A stretch of DNA of 46,155 nt from Eremomyces bilateralis CBS 781.70 (Eukaryota): NCBI GenBank assembly GCA_010015585.1, contig ML975157.1. One strand, written 5' to 3'. Shown piece after piece: positions 36,194 to 46,155 of this stretch. Every line of letters starts with the position of its first letter. Position 1 is the first letter of the stretch. The translations under genes and the position numbers were made by a program. The notes under the pieces were generated by a model. It was not told where the DNA came from. It searched no databases and saw only the letters and a program-made list of their open reading frames with translations.

Positions 36194-36228
36194 GAGTCAC
36201 GATAGAATCAAGAGACAACCAAGAGTCA
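36194..36228 (-). promoter_or_regulatory. two TGACTC (Gcn4/CpcA-like) elements upstream of MET2
   Basis: GAGTCA on + at 36194-36199 and 36223-36228, upstream of an amino-acid biosynthetic gene. Confidence 0.4.
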
Positions 36229-36668
36229 AAGAAATAAAAGCCGGAGTTGGAGTTGAGATATAGACGCTGATTGGCTGATTATAAGAAATTTCAGCACGCC
36301 ATCGCCGCCATCGCCGCCTCCAACTGACAATTCATATTGCAGTAGTTATCATTATATGAACCATATCAGAAGTGAATCATCACCTATTTTCGTACACCCC
36401 GTCTCCACACCGACTAGTCATCCCGCCGATTTTCCTTCACTAGTTACCGGTACATACTACATAACCCGTCCAGCCCTCTAACTCGCTCACCGAATCTCAA
36501 TCCCTCTATATTCTTCCCTCTATTCTTCCCTCGAACCGTCGCATATGGAACGCTTCCCCCCAGGCCAAACCTACCACCTCACCTTCCGCTCCTCCGACGC
36601 CCCCATCCGATAATACGTTTGGAATGAATGAGATGCCCCTCATTTCGAACCCCGACTCAACCGACCCT

Positions 36669-38199
36669 ATGGAAAATGGATACAAGTACAGTAAGTCGAC
36701 TAGAGTCCATGCGCAGCCGCACACTGACCTTTGGATGCAGAACGAGTAACGGCCCAGCCTGAAAACCCGCTCATCAACCTAGTCGGCGGCCAGCAGATCG
36801 CCATCGTCCCGTCATTCGAGCTCGAATGCGGCGATGTCCTCCACAACGTACCCGTCGCATACAAAACTTTCGGCAGCCTCTCCCCGGAGCGGGACAATGC
36901 CATGCTCATCTGCCACGCACTGACCGGCAGCGCCGACGCGAGCGACTGGTGGGGCCCGCTGCTCGGCGGCCCCGGGAAGGCGTTCGACGTCTCCCGCTTC
37001 TTCGTCGTGTGCATCAACAGCCTGGGCAGCCCGTACGGCAGCGCGAGTCCGGTCACGTGCATGGACGGTGACCCGACCCAGCGTCACTACGGTCCAGAAT
37101 TCCCTCTCACTACCGTCCGGGACGACGTCAACATCTTCAAGTTGATACTTGACGATCTAGGCGTGCGGCAGCTGGCCGCTGTGATCGGTGGCAGCATGGG
37201 CGGCATGCTCGTGCTAGAGTTCGCGTACTTCGGCAAGGACTACGTGCGGACCATCATTCCGATCGCCACCTCGGCGCGGTACAGCGCCTGGGGTATCTCC
37301 TGGGGCGAAGCGCAGCGGCAGAGCATCTACAGCGACCCGAAGTACGACGACGGCTACTACCGGTTCGAAGACCCGCCTACAACGGGCCTGGGCGCGGCGC
37401 GTATGTCGGCGCTGCTTACCTACCGCAGTCGGAACTCCTTCGAGTCGCGCTTCGGGAGGAACACGCCGGACCCGACCAAGCGGCAGGATATCAATGGCCA
37501 ACCGCGCCACCCGTCGCACGAGGCGTGGGCGATCCATAACGATGGTCATAAGCACGCGCGATCGCCTCGCTCGTCGCGACAGAATAGCAGTGCTGCGGTT
37601 TCGCAAATGGGCGACACCAACGGACTCGCCGTCAAGGCCGCCTCGCTAAGGGTAAATTCCACTCCCAACCCGTTAAACACCGCACGTTCACTAACATATT
37701 GCTCCAGACACCCACCTACTTCTCCGCGCAATCCTACCTCCGTTACCAAGGCGAAAAGTTCATCAAACGCTTCGACGCAAACTGCTACATCGCCATCACG
37801 CGGAAGCTCGACACGCATGACGTCTCCCGCAACCGCGTCCCGCGCACCGCCTCCCCCGAAGCCGACCTCGCCGCCGCCCTCGCCCTCATCACGCAGCCCA
37901 CCCTCGTCCTCGGCATCCAATCCGACGGCCTCTTCACCTTCGCAGAGCAGCAGGAGCTCGCGGCGCACATCCCCAACGCGACGCTGAAGAGCATCGATAG
38001 CTCGGAGGGGCATGATGCGTTTTTGCTGGAGTTTGAGCAGGTGAATGCGCATTTGTTAGGGTTTTTGGGGAGGGAGTTGCCGGATATTATGGGGAGGAGC
38101 CCGGTGGGGTCGCCGGTGTTGGAGGCGCAGGGGGAGATTGGGGTGACGAAGAGTTCGACGTTTGGGGAGGCGGAGGTGGATGATATTACGGCGTGGTGA
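36669..38199 (+). CDS. MET2: homoserine O-acetyltransferase
   Basis: Exons 36669-36690 (in-frame ATGs also at 36624 and 36633), 36741-37651, 37708-38199. ICHALTGS, GGSMGGM nucleophile elbow, YLRYQGEKF..RFDAN, SDGLF, GHDAFL. Confidence 0.95.
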
Positions 38200-38557
38200 T
38201 TGGGATCATGGCATGCTGAGCGAGTGATACACATATGGTCAATGCCTTTTACTTGGCATACTATTATGAGTTCCGCTAGGTGGGATAGAATAGCATACTT
38301 AAGATATAGTCGCTATAGAAACGTGCCGATTCTTTGATTTCACATGAAGCGCAGGCAGCTTGTAAGCGCAAAAGTATTAGACCGCAGCAATTCTTTGGAT
38401 TTCAAATCCTGTCATAGTGCTCGAGACAACGATATTGTTCAGGGCGACATCGGGGCAGAAGTTGCATGCAGTGAAAATCCGGTAATATCAGACGACTTCC
38501 ACAGCAGAATAATACTGCCATCAACAGACGGCTCTTGACATTGATCTACCGCAAACC

Positions 38558-40611
38558 TCATCTCTTCCCTTTCTTTCCCTTCTTCTTCCCCCCACCCCCG
38601 CCCCCCACAACAACACTCCCCGCCTGCCCCCCTCCTTGCTGCCCCCCCTCATCCTCCACACCCCCCTGCGTTAGCCCCTCCGCCTTCTTCTTCCCCTTCC
38701 GTCCCTTCGGCTTCCAATATGACCGATCCCGCAACGGCAGCCACCGCTCCGTATCCATGACTTTCCCCTCCACAAACTCCTTCGGCATCCGACTCGGCCG
38801 GATCCGCTTAGTCGCCTTCGTCGTCGGCTTCTCGTCCCGCGCGCGCTTCGTAGCGATCGGAGCCTTGGTCAGCGGGACGCCGGCCGCTTCGAGCGACGCG
38901 GTGGAGATGTCGGCGATGAGCGCAGAGATGGGCCGGAGGGCGGAGGAGGCGCTGGGGGTCGTCGAAGAGAGGGCCGCGGCCGCGGCGGATTGGCCGACGG
39001 TGGCGGCGCGGCTGGTCGGGTGGGTTTCGTGGGCGGCGGAGAAGAGATGGGCGGCGAGGACGAGGTCGTCCCGGTCCCAGGACTCGAGAAGGGCGGCGCC
39101 GGCGGTGAGGAGGAGAGGGAGGGGGGCGCTGGAGAGGGATTGCGTCGACTGGATATGGCGGGCGTAGTTGGCGAACTCGGCGCGGCGGGATTTGGGTCGG
39201 CCGGCGTGATGGTAGAGGTTTGTTAGGAGGCCGACGAGGCCTGGGGCGAATCGGATCTCGGAATCGTTGGGGGTGCCTGACTTCTCGAGCGCGTGGACTA
39301 GCTTTTCGAGGATGACGATGGCTTGGTCATGGTTCTTGATTTCCACGTACAATTGAGCGACGAGGAAGGCCACGCCGAGGTCTTTGGGGCTTTTGTTGAG
39401 GCGTGGTAGGAGGGTTTCGATGACTTTCGAGTTGGTTTTGCCTTCGATCCCGGCGGCCGCGGCGAGAAACGACGAAAGACCCTCCCGGTCACTACCCGAT
39501 AAATATCCCGCCTCCTTGCCTTTTTGAACCAAGGAGTTTGCAATCAGCCTGTTCTTGAGGATCACACTCGACTGGAAACCGAATGGCTCCTGGAGTGCGG
39601 GAAGCTTCGTCTTCTCGTGCAACTTCCTGTGGACAATAAATGGGTTTTCTTTACTGTCGCTACTCTCTACAATGGTTAAGTTGATTTGGCTTATCATCCG
39701 GAGGGACGGATCGAATACGCTATTGATCAGCTCAGTATGATGACGCTGCAGAAAGTCGGAAAAGGTAATAAAACGCACTCTTTTGACGTAACCGCTAGAG
39801 CAAGGTTTTTGGCTTCGGCAACCTTTCCAACTCGAAGCAGAGCAAAAACCTTCTGTTCCATGATCTGAAGCACCTCAACACTCTTCTCTTGACTCGTCAA
39901 GATTGACGAAGACAGACAAAGTTCTATACGTGTCATCAGCAGATGCCATTATTATGGAGAGGATCTGACGAACCTTGTGCTTTCTTTAGCAATGCTTCGC
40001 CCCTGGCCAGTTCTCCTCGTCCCAGACATGCACAGGCTTCATTGAAAGAAGCTTCAAATGATTCAAGACCAGCACCCTCATCGAGGCCGAGCGAAATATC
40101 ATCTCGCCCTTTCCAGGCCAGCTGCGCGTTAACGGCGCCGCGGTTGATGACTATGTCATTCACCTCATCCTCGTCAAGGTTGGACTGCGAGGCGAGCTCC
40201 TTGTAAAGGGCTGCTGAGTTCTCAAATGCCTCGAGTCGGTAGTGCTGTGAAGTTATAAGCCGCTGCCCCTTAATGATAAAGATCTCAACTCACCGTTTGT
40301 GCAAGCAGGTGCTTACTTCCTTCCGAGCCCTTATCTCCAGCTATGTTGATGGCATCTTGCAACCTGCCACATCGATACAGCGCATAGGAGTATTCTAAAG
40401 AGCAGTCTTGCTGAAACGACCGACTCGCCTTCTCGATGGCTTGGATGGCCTCTTCATAACGATCGAGATTCAGCAACGCTACTATTCTCGCGCGTTGCAC
40501 CTTGGCGTCTGACGAGGACTTTTTGAGTAGATTTTCCGCAAGCTTCACGGTTTGCTCATGGTCCTCGAGGGATATCGCCCCCAACAGGGCGGCTAAGGAA
40601 TCTTTGGACAT
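38558..40611 (-). CDS. SRP72: signal recognition particle subunit SRP72
   Basis: Exons 40611-40294, 40244-39974, 39923-39779, 39719-38558. N-terminal TPRs (LEYSYALYR, AQTHYRLE, FNEACA) and the RNA-binding motif DTERWLPLRDRSYWKP...TQGG. Confidence 0.92.
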
Positions 40612-41127
40612 TGTAATGATGGATTAGATCACCATGTCAAATTGTATGGCCCAAGTTAGGCTTCACGCTTAGTTCACTCGTGCAGTCGCACAAGACGATG
40701 CTGACGTAGCAAGTCTCGGTATGAGGGAATCGGAAAATATGGATTCGCCACAGCCGCGATTTGAAATTCTATCGCAGTAACCGTCTGCGGCGCAACTGTC
40801 GATTTTGACAATATTATTGTCCGATATCAATTCGGTTACGATTGAGGTTGAGACCCATCAGGCAACAAGGCATCTAATGTATCTGAGGCCAGAACATCGA
40901 TCCCTCTGGTTGATGAAAAATATCTACGAAGGGTGTTTTGGATCAGCAGAACAGGACGAGATCCCATTATTATTGCCATAATTAGATGATCTTCAGTTGG
41001 GTTCAAGTCACACTCGTATCATATGAGCACGATTAAGACGTTCATTATTCACGACTTTCATCGCTGGTATAAGTTCACTTTTTACATGTTCAACATCTAC
41101 CACCGAAGGTTAGGAGCCCTTGATCGA

Positions 41128-42480
41128 CTACAAGGCGTCCTCAAAGTCATCAGCGTCCGATTCCTCGTCGTCTCCTGCTTTATCTTCCACCTTTGCCGGA
41201 GGCGACTCGATCTTCACTCTCTTCGCCTCCCGTTCTTGGTCATCGAGTTCAGGTCCGGTTGACGTCCCATTCACAGCAGGGGCAACGACGTCCTCGAAAT
41301 CCTCATCTTCGTCTTCATCTTCATCGTCCTCCTCCTCCTCCTCCTCCTCTTCCGCCTCTTTGAGCGCCTGTCGTTCTTGTTCGGCCTTGAGTTGCTCAAA
41401 GTAGGCATCCAGACTGGGGTCTTTGATGTCCTCCCCTGCTTCGTCCCCGAATGATTGGGCTGCTCCATCGGCAGCTTGATCGTCTCGTGAACCTCCATCC
41501 GCTTGCCCGGCAATTGTTGGAGGTCCGGTAACTGTGGACTGTGTGTGCCAAACCGGTAGTTGATTTTGTTTCGCAATCCGTTCTTTATGGGCGGCGGCCG
41601 CAGCTTGCTCTGCCGCAGTTGTCTCGGAATGTGTTGTAATAGCAATCTCGATATTCTCAGGTCCTGTGGCAATTCCTCTCACAGCCGCGGGCTTGGCAAA
41701 CAGTTCGTTTGTTGTGGTTCTCATGGCTGGGTTCACCATCTCGTCCCGTGGCACGGGGACGGCCTCTGCAAGCGCATCTTCTCCCGTGACTTCGGGGACG
41801 ACGGAATCGTCGATCCGTTGCAGCAGAGTCAACAAATGTCCAAATTGCTTGTTGAACATCGCGGGACGATCATCGGCCTCACCGGCTGCATCTTCATCGT
41901 GCTTCAATTCTAGACCAAACCCGCATTTCTTGCACAGAAACCCGCTGCCGCTCCCAGATGGGTCAGGATTATCCAGGACTTCCATCAGCGTCCACTGCGA
42001 CTCGCAACGCTTGCAGATATATTCTTTCCGTTCGGTCGTCGGTCTCGCTTCCCGCTTGATCTCCTCGTCAAGCATGTGGATCCGATATTTCGTCGAGTCG
42101 ATCGCGCGGCGATAGTCGATGTAGAAGTACTCCCGAGTTATGGGCTTCTGCGCGCCCTCGCGGGTCTCCTGTCGCGCATGGCTATATCCAGATAGGTTAA
42201 CACTGTTTAGCTGTGCGCATAGCATGCATACATACACTGAAACCAGCCCGGCCTCCCGTAACTTGGCGCATAGCTTTTGAACGTTCTTGACTTGTTTGCC
42301 GGAGTCCATAACAACCGCAAGGTCGCTGAGGGACAGACTGCATCGAGTCAGCTTGGACATCGAAGCAGCGCATCATTCCACGTACGCCGAATGTCTCACT
42401 AGAGTATCAATGATCACGACATGTTCGGTCTCGTAGAAGGTACGAGCAACGCTCCGGACCAGAACCTGAGCGTAGTCCAT
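41128..42480 (-). CDS. TFA1: transcription initiation factor TFIIE alpha subunit
   Basis: Exons 42480-42386, 42337-42236, 42181-41128. LVRSVARTFY, YFYIDY...DSTKYR, zinc ribbon C..C/C..C, QNQLPVWHTQSTV, acidic tail. Confidence 0.92.
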
Positions 42481-43164
42481 GATATATGCCTCATGGAGAT
42501 GTTTCGTCGGCGTCAGCTGGCAAAGCCGTGGTGAGGATGCTAAATCGAAGTCCACTCTCCTCACGAACGGCGGTGGGAGTTGGATGGAAGAAATATGTGA
42601 GCCATGGGAGAATTCAGCTCACAGCATTTCAGTTTGATCCAAGTTCACTTGGGAAATGGGAATTTCCCAACGGTTCATTGTTCCCTTCTCAAAGAGCTGT
42701 TCAGCATTGTCGATGATCCAAATTCATCTTCACACGTGCATATCCTCAGTGCACGTGATATCAGGAGTCACAGCCAATCAAAGTGCGAGATTTCCAAATT
42801 CACTGTTTATCCGGAATTTTCATTGGGAGATGCTGCGTATTCCCTAAAGCACTAGACCTCGTGATCTACCTACAGGAACGACACTCATGTAGGGGCCACT
42901 AAGGAACACAGGGGCTAAGGAAGATGTATGGTTTTGCAATAGAACTATTTCGTAAAGGTTGCTAAAGTGAAGCAGCTTCGCTTCCACACTTGAGGCCCCA
43001 AGGGGGTCTACCAAGGACATCATTAAGTAAGCATAGATAACGGCACCCGTAGGTCGTAGCCGGCCGTAGGCCGTAGCATGGAACAATGATGATCTATCAA
43101 CCACAATTCAATTCATGCAACATCGTCAAGACGTAATAGTCTTGTCAAAACGGGCCATATTGAT

Positions 43165-44156
43165 TTACACAATAGGGAGTTGACTCATAAGACCATTCTT
43201 CTTCACCGCAACAAAGAGAGTCGCATTTCCCGGAGCAGTCGCAAAGTAAAGGTGGTTCCGCATCGCATCTCCTGAGAGCCGGTATTGTGCGCCCGTTCCA
43301 GGAAAAATTGCTGCGACTTCCTCAAACCACCCTGTAATAGAGGTACCATCCAGCTTGATAATTTGCATCTCTATCATGATCTGCTGCCAATATGCGATGC
43401 CATTGGCTGTCTCTATAGGATACGCACCAAGGTCGCCAAGGTACGTCAATGGATTGTACTGGAGTGCCGCTAAATCTATTAATAAGACGGTCTGAATATT
43501 TGAGCCAGTGTCGTTCATGATCTCGACGGCAGTAGTAATACTTGGGTCACCGCCAAACATCGCTGGGAGTCGGAACCTGGCAATGATCTTCCGACGTTGG
43601 AAAGCCACATGGTTGAGAGAGGTAATATACGTAGTTACCTCATGCATACTTCCAGAAGCATTTAACCTAAAAGGCGTTGCCTGCGCCATTTGTATAGCTC
43701 CCGACTATTATTACAGTCAACCCAAGGCTTTAGAATATAAATATTCTCTATTCGTAAGAACCTACTGCCAAAGCAGCTGGGTTTGACTGCATAAGTTGAT
43801 GGCCTATACTCTAGATGAAGTGAAAATGAGCCAAAGTAACGGAGATAAGGGTTGGGGAGACGGACCGCTTCTCTCCATATTGCTTTACCAGTAGAACCCT
43901 TGGGCATCTCGTCGACGACCACGCCATCTACAAGCCAAATAGTTTGGCCCGGTTCGGGAACTTTCCCACCATTCTCATAGTAGTCGACGAGATACTCAAT
44001 GTTCTTGCGCTGACGTTGCATCTGGATCGAATCGTCATTTAGTAGCTCCCGTAAGTAACCGAGCTTGAACTTGACAAGGTCAAAAGTTCCAACGCGGGCA
44101 GGCGAGAAAGTAATGTCTTCGCTTCGTTCTTCCGTTCGTGCTTCTTGGTCCAACAT
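43165..44156 (-). CDS. hypothetical protein with C-terminal retropepsin-like (clan AA) aspartic protease domain
   Basis: Exons 44156-43866, 43810-43766, 43704-43165 splice in frame to 291 aa. IMNDTGS catalytic motif (D at 43512-43510), flap-like IETANG, late RLSGDAMR segment. Confidence 0.7.
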
Positions 44157-44416
44157 GTTGAATGATTCTCAAAGAGTATGGAGATGGCTATAACACCAAA
44201 GGGATCTCAATTTAAGCCCTTAACCACAACACTGGCGCCCGCCTACAGATCGGCGTCGACCCCCAACATCATATAGGAAGCAGTGAATTTGTACCAGTTC
44301 GAATAATGCCCTCACGCAGACGAAATGCAGGAATAAAGGAATACATGTTGGGACAGGAATATTTCAAGCAGCCACTGGAGGTCAAAGGTATAGTAGCAGC
44401 AACACGACCATATATA

Positions 44417-44630
44417 TCAGGTACCGATGTCAGTATAAATATGCAAACCAGTAGCATCGAACGATATATCACGGAGTCTCATCCCAACTTAGCGTGTCTG
44501 CAGGCAGGCGCCGCTGCTTGCCTCCCAGATCTTGACCATGCTATCATGCGACGCGGAGGCAAGTCGGGTCGAGTCGTGTGAGAAGGCCACCGAGTTGACC
44601 ACATTGCTGTGCCCTCCAGCGTCTGCAGGG
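44417..44630 (-). pseudogene. relic of a HET-E/HET-D-type (NACHT-WD40) gene: last WD40 repeat and tail
   Basis: LQTLEG/(1-nt frameshift)/HSNVVNSVAFSHDSTRLASASHDSMVKIWEASSGACLQTR*VGMRLRDISFDATGLHIYTDIGT*. Confidence 0.85.
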
Positions 44631-45180
44631 AGGCGCGTCTTGAACTGGTTTGAAACATCCAGATGCGTCTGCCGGTGCCTACTTCAGGCCAACATATGCT
44701 GGTAACAAGGACTGGACTAATTAAGGATTACTTAGAGGAGGAGAGCCTCGAGTTTCGCCATTGACACACCCCCTTCGACATGCTTCAGTAATTGCTCAGA
44801 GCCAAGGGGAAATTGATTCAGGCAACGAGGCAGGAAGGTCATAAGCGACATGGACTGATCAGTGAGATCAGTACTCAGTAGGTCTGGTAGATCCAGTACT
44901 AGCCTCCAACCCGCCTGCTTTTCGATCGATACCTCTACATAATGTTCATGTATTCAATGGAGCCTGTCGTCTAGACACCTTGCCAATGGGCTCGGTAGCT
45001 GTGTGGTACAGACGGGACGTCACCTGACGAGGGCGGACTTGGCCTGTCACATAGCTAAGTAAGCAGGATGACCATAGATAGCTCACGAAGTCGCGATGCT
45101 TATAACGGGAGGTATTATTATGGGAAAGCTAGCAAAGGACGCGGAAAAGTAGGGGATCGGGTCACGTGGTTGAATAAGCC

Positions 45181-45470
45181 TACAGTTCGCCCCACCCTCA
45201 GATGAACTTTCGCATGAAAATCGCTAGTGAGGCTGCGGGTCGTCCCACTCTCAGATGACAATGCCGACCCTCAGATGAACTTTTCCTTCTCGCACTGCCT
45301 TGCACTAGCCGTTTATCAAGATGTCGTTAAGCAAGAATTAACTAAGAATATATCCCTAACTTAACTAACTTAATATATTAGTACCAAGTCTTAATGAACT
45401 GGGCTATAATAAATGTATTCCTAATGCATTATGCATAGGTTTTGGAAGGTTCATCTGAGAGTGAGAAGTA
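45181..45470. mobile_element. small non-autonomous DNA-transposon/MITE-like relic with inverted repeats and an AT-rich core
   Basis: CAC(C/T)CTCAGATGA(AC..) at 45193, 45246 and about 45267, with an inverted copy GAAGGTTCATCTGAGAGTG at 45445-45463; TpA-rich interior at about 45325-45430. Confidence 0.5.
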
Positions 45471-45699
45471 GTTTGGCTCGTGCGGGTCATGTGATGTGTT
45501 GCCATGGGGGTGAAGCTCCTTTCACACCCTGCTGTGCTCCATTCACACCCGTACCCCGCTCCATTTACACCCTACCTGGTCACATGACATACCAATCCCT
45601 TAGAATATCTGATGCAGATGGGCAAATATAACGTATTTGAGACTTCCCTATATAGGGAGGTACATCTACATGGTGCTAGGAGTAGTATCATGTAGTGGG

Positions 45700-46155
45700 G
45701 GCTACTTGACGAAGCTGAGATCTGCCTAGAAGAGGCAGGAAGATGAAAAGCTTGGAAACGGCATAAGCAGGGCGAAGATGAAATAGGGAATTACGATCGA
45801 CATTAGCAGAGCAAGATTCAGCGTGTTTCTTTCATAGGCTCTATGGCCTTAAGAGATGTATCATCAACTCATCAACAATGATAACGAGGACAAGAACGAG
45901 GACGAGGACGTATTTGAGACATCAATTCCAGTTTCCAGAATATATGCAATCGAGCTCGGTAGATGAGGAGATACGCAAAGCTCTTAAGCCGCTTCAGAAC
46001 GGTCTTGAGAATGTCTTTTACAATGCAATATCTGGAGCATTCTCTCGACTCCGCGAGCGCGACCTCTCGGATAACTCTCAGCATAATCAGAACGAGATCC
46101 CGCCACAGGATACCCTACATTCGCGTTCTAGCCTAGAAGAGTGGCTAGAAAGACC
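45700..46155 (+). pseudogene. probable degraded coding sequence of unknown product
   Basis: Protein-like pieces in different frames broken by stops or frameshifts (KAWKRHKQGEDE; EMYHQLINNDNEDKNEDED; FPEYMQSSSVDEEIRKALKPLQNGLENVFYNAISGAFSRLRE). Confidence 0.3.

Noticed and set aside
34640..36200. Additional gene between PSY2 and MET2
   Set aside because: Only short motif-less ORFs; consistent with a long 3' UTR plus promoter, although a decayed gene cannot be excluded
554..42480. Biosynthetic or functional gene cluster (e.g. VPS51+VPS17, thioesterase+oxidoreductase)
   Set aside because: Unrelated housekeeping functions; no backbone enzyme (PKS/NRPS/terpene synthase) or cluster regulator
43165..44156. 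LTR retrotransposon as the source of the DTGS protease
   Set aside because: No gag zinc knuckle, RT, RNase H, integrase or LTRs visible, and the gene has two spliceosomal introns

Overview
Eukaryotic, gene-dense filamentous ascomycete (Pezizomycotina-type) DNA. Introns are short (about 45-140 nt, GT..AG with CTRAC branch points) and there is one 440-nt assembly gap. About 17 protein-coding genes were reconstructed by hand. Most are housekeeping: acyl-CoA thioesterase II, a second ligase-I-like DNA ligase, Vps51, a FUBP-like KH protein, Vps17, mitochondrial EF-G2/RRF2, an SCCPDH-like oxidoreductase, Rpl43, a RING-PHD protein, an SLC35F transporter, Psy2/PP4R3, Met2, Srp72 and TFIIE-alpha. Two accessory-looking stretches interrupt these. 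The first (about 6-10.9 kb) holds an F-box-like orphan and a possible decayed gene. The second is the AT-richer right end (about 43-46 kb), with an intact spliced gene for a retropepsin-like (DTGS) protease fused to a small N-terminal domain, a frameshifted HET-E-type WD40 relic, a small inverted-repeat element with a RIP-like core, and a probable pseudogene. No rRNA, tRNA or CRISPR was recognised. All identifications come from motif recognition by eye; no searches were run.
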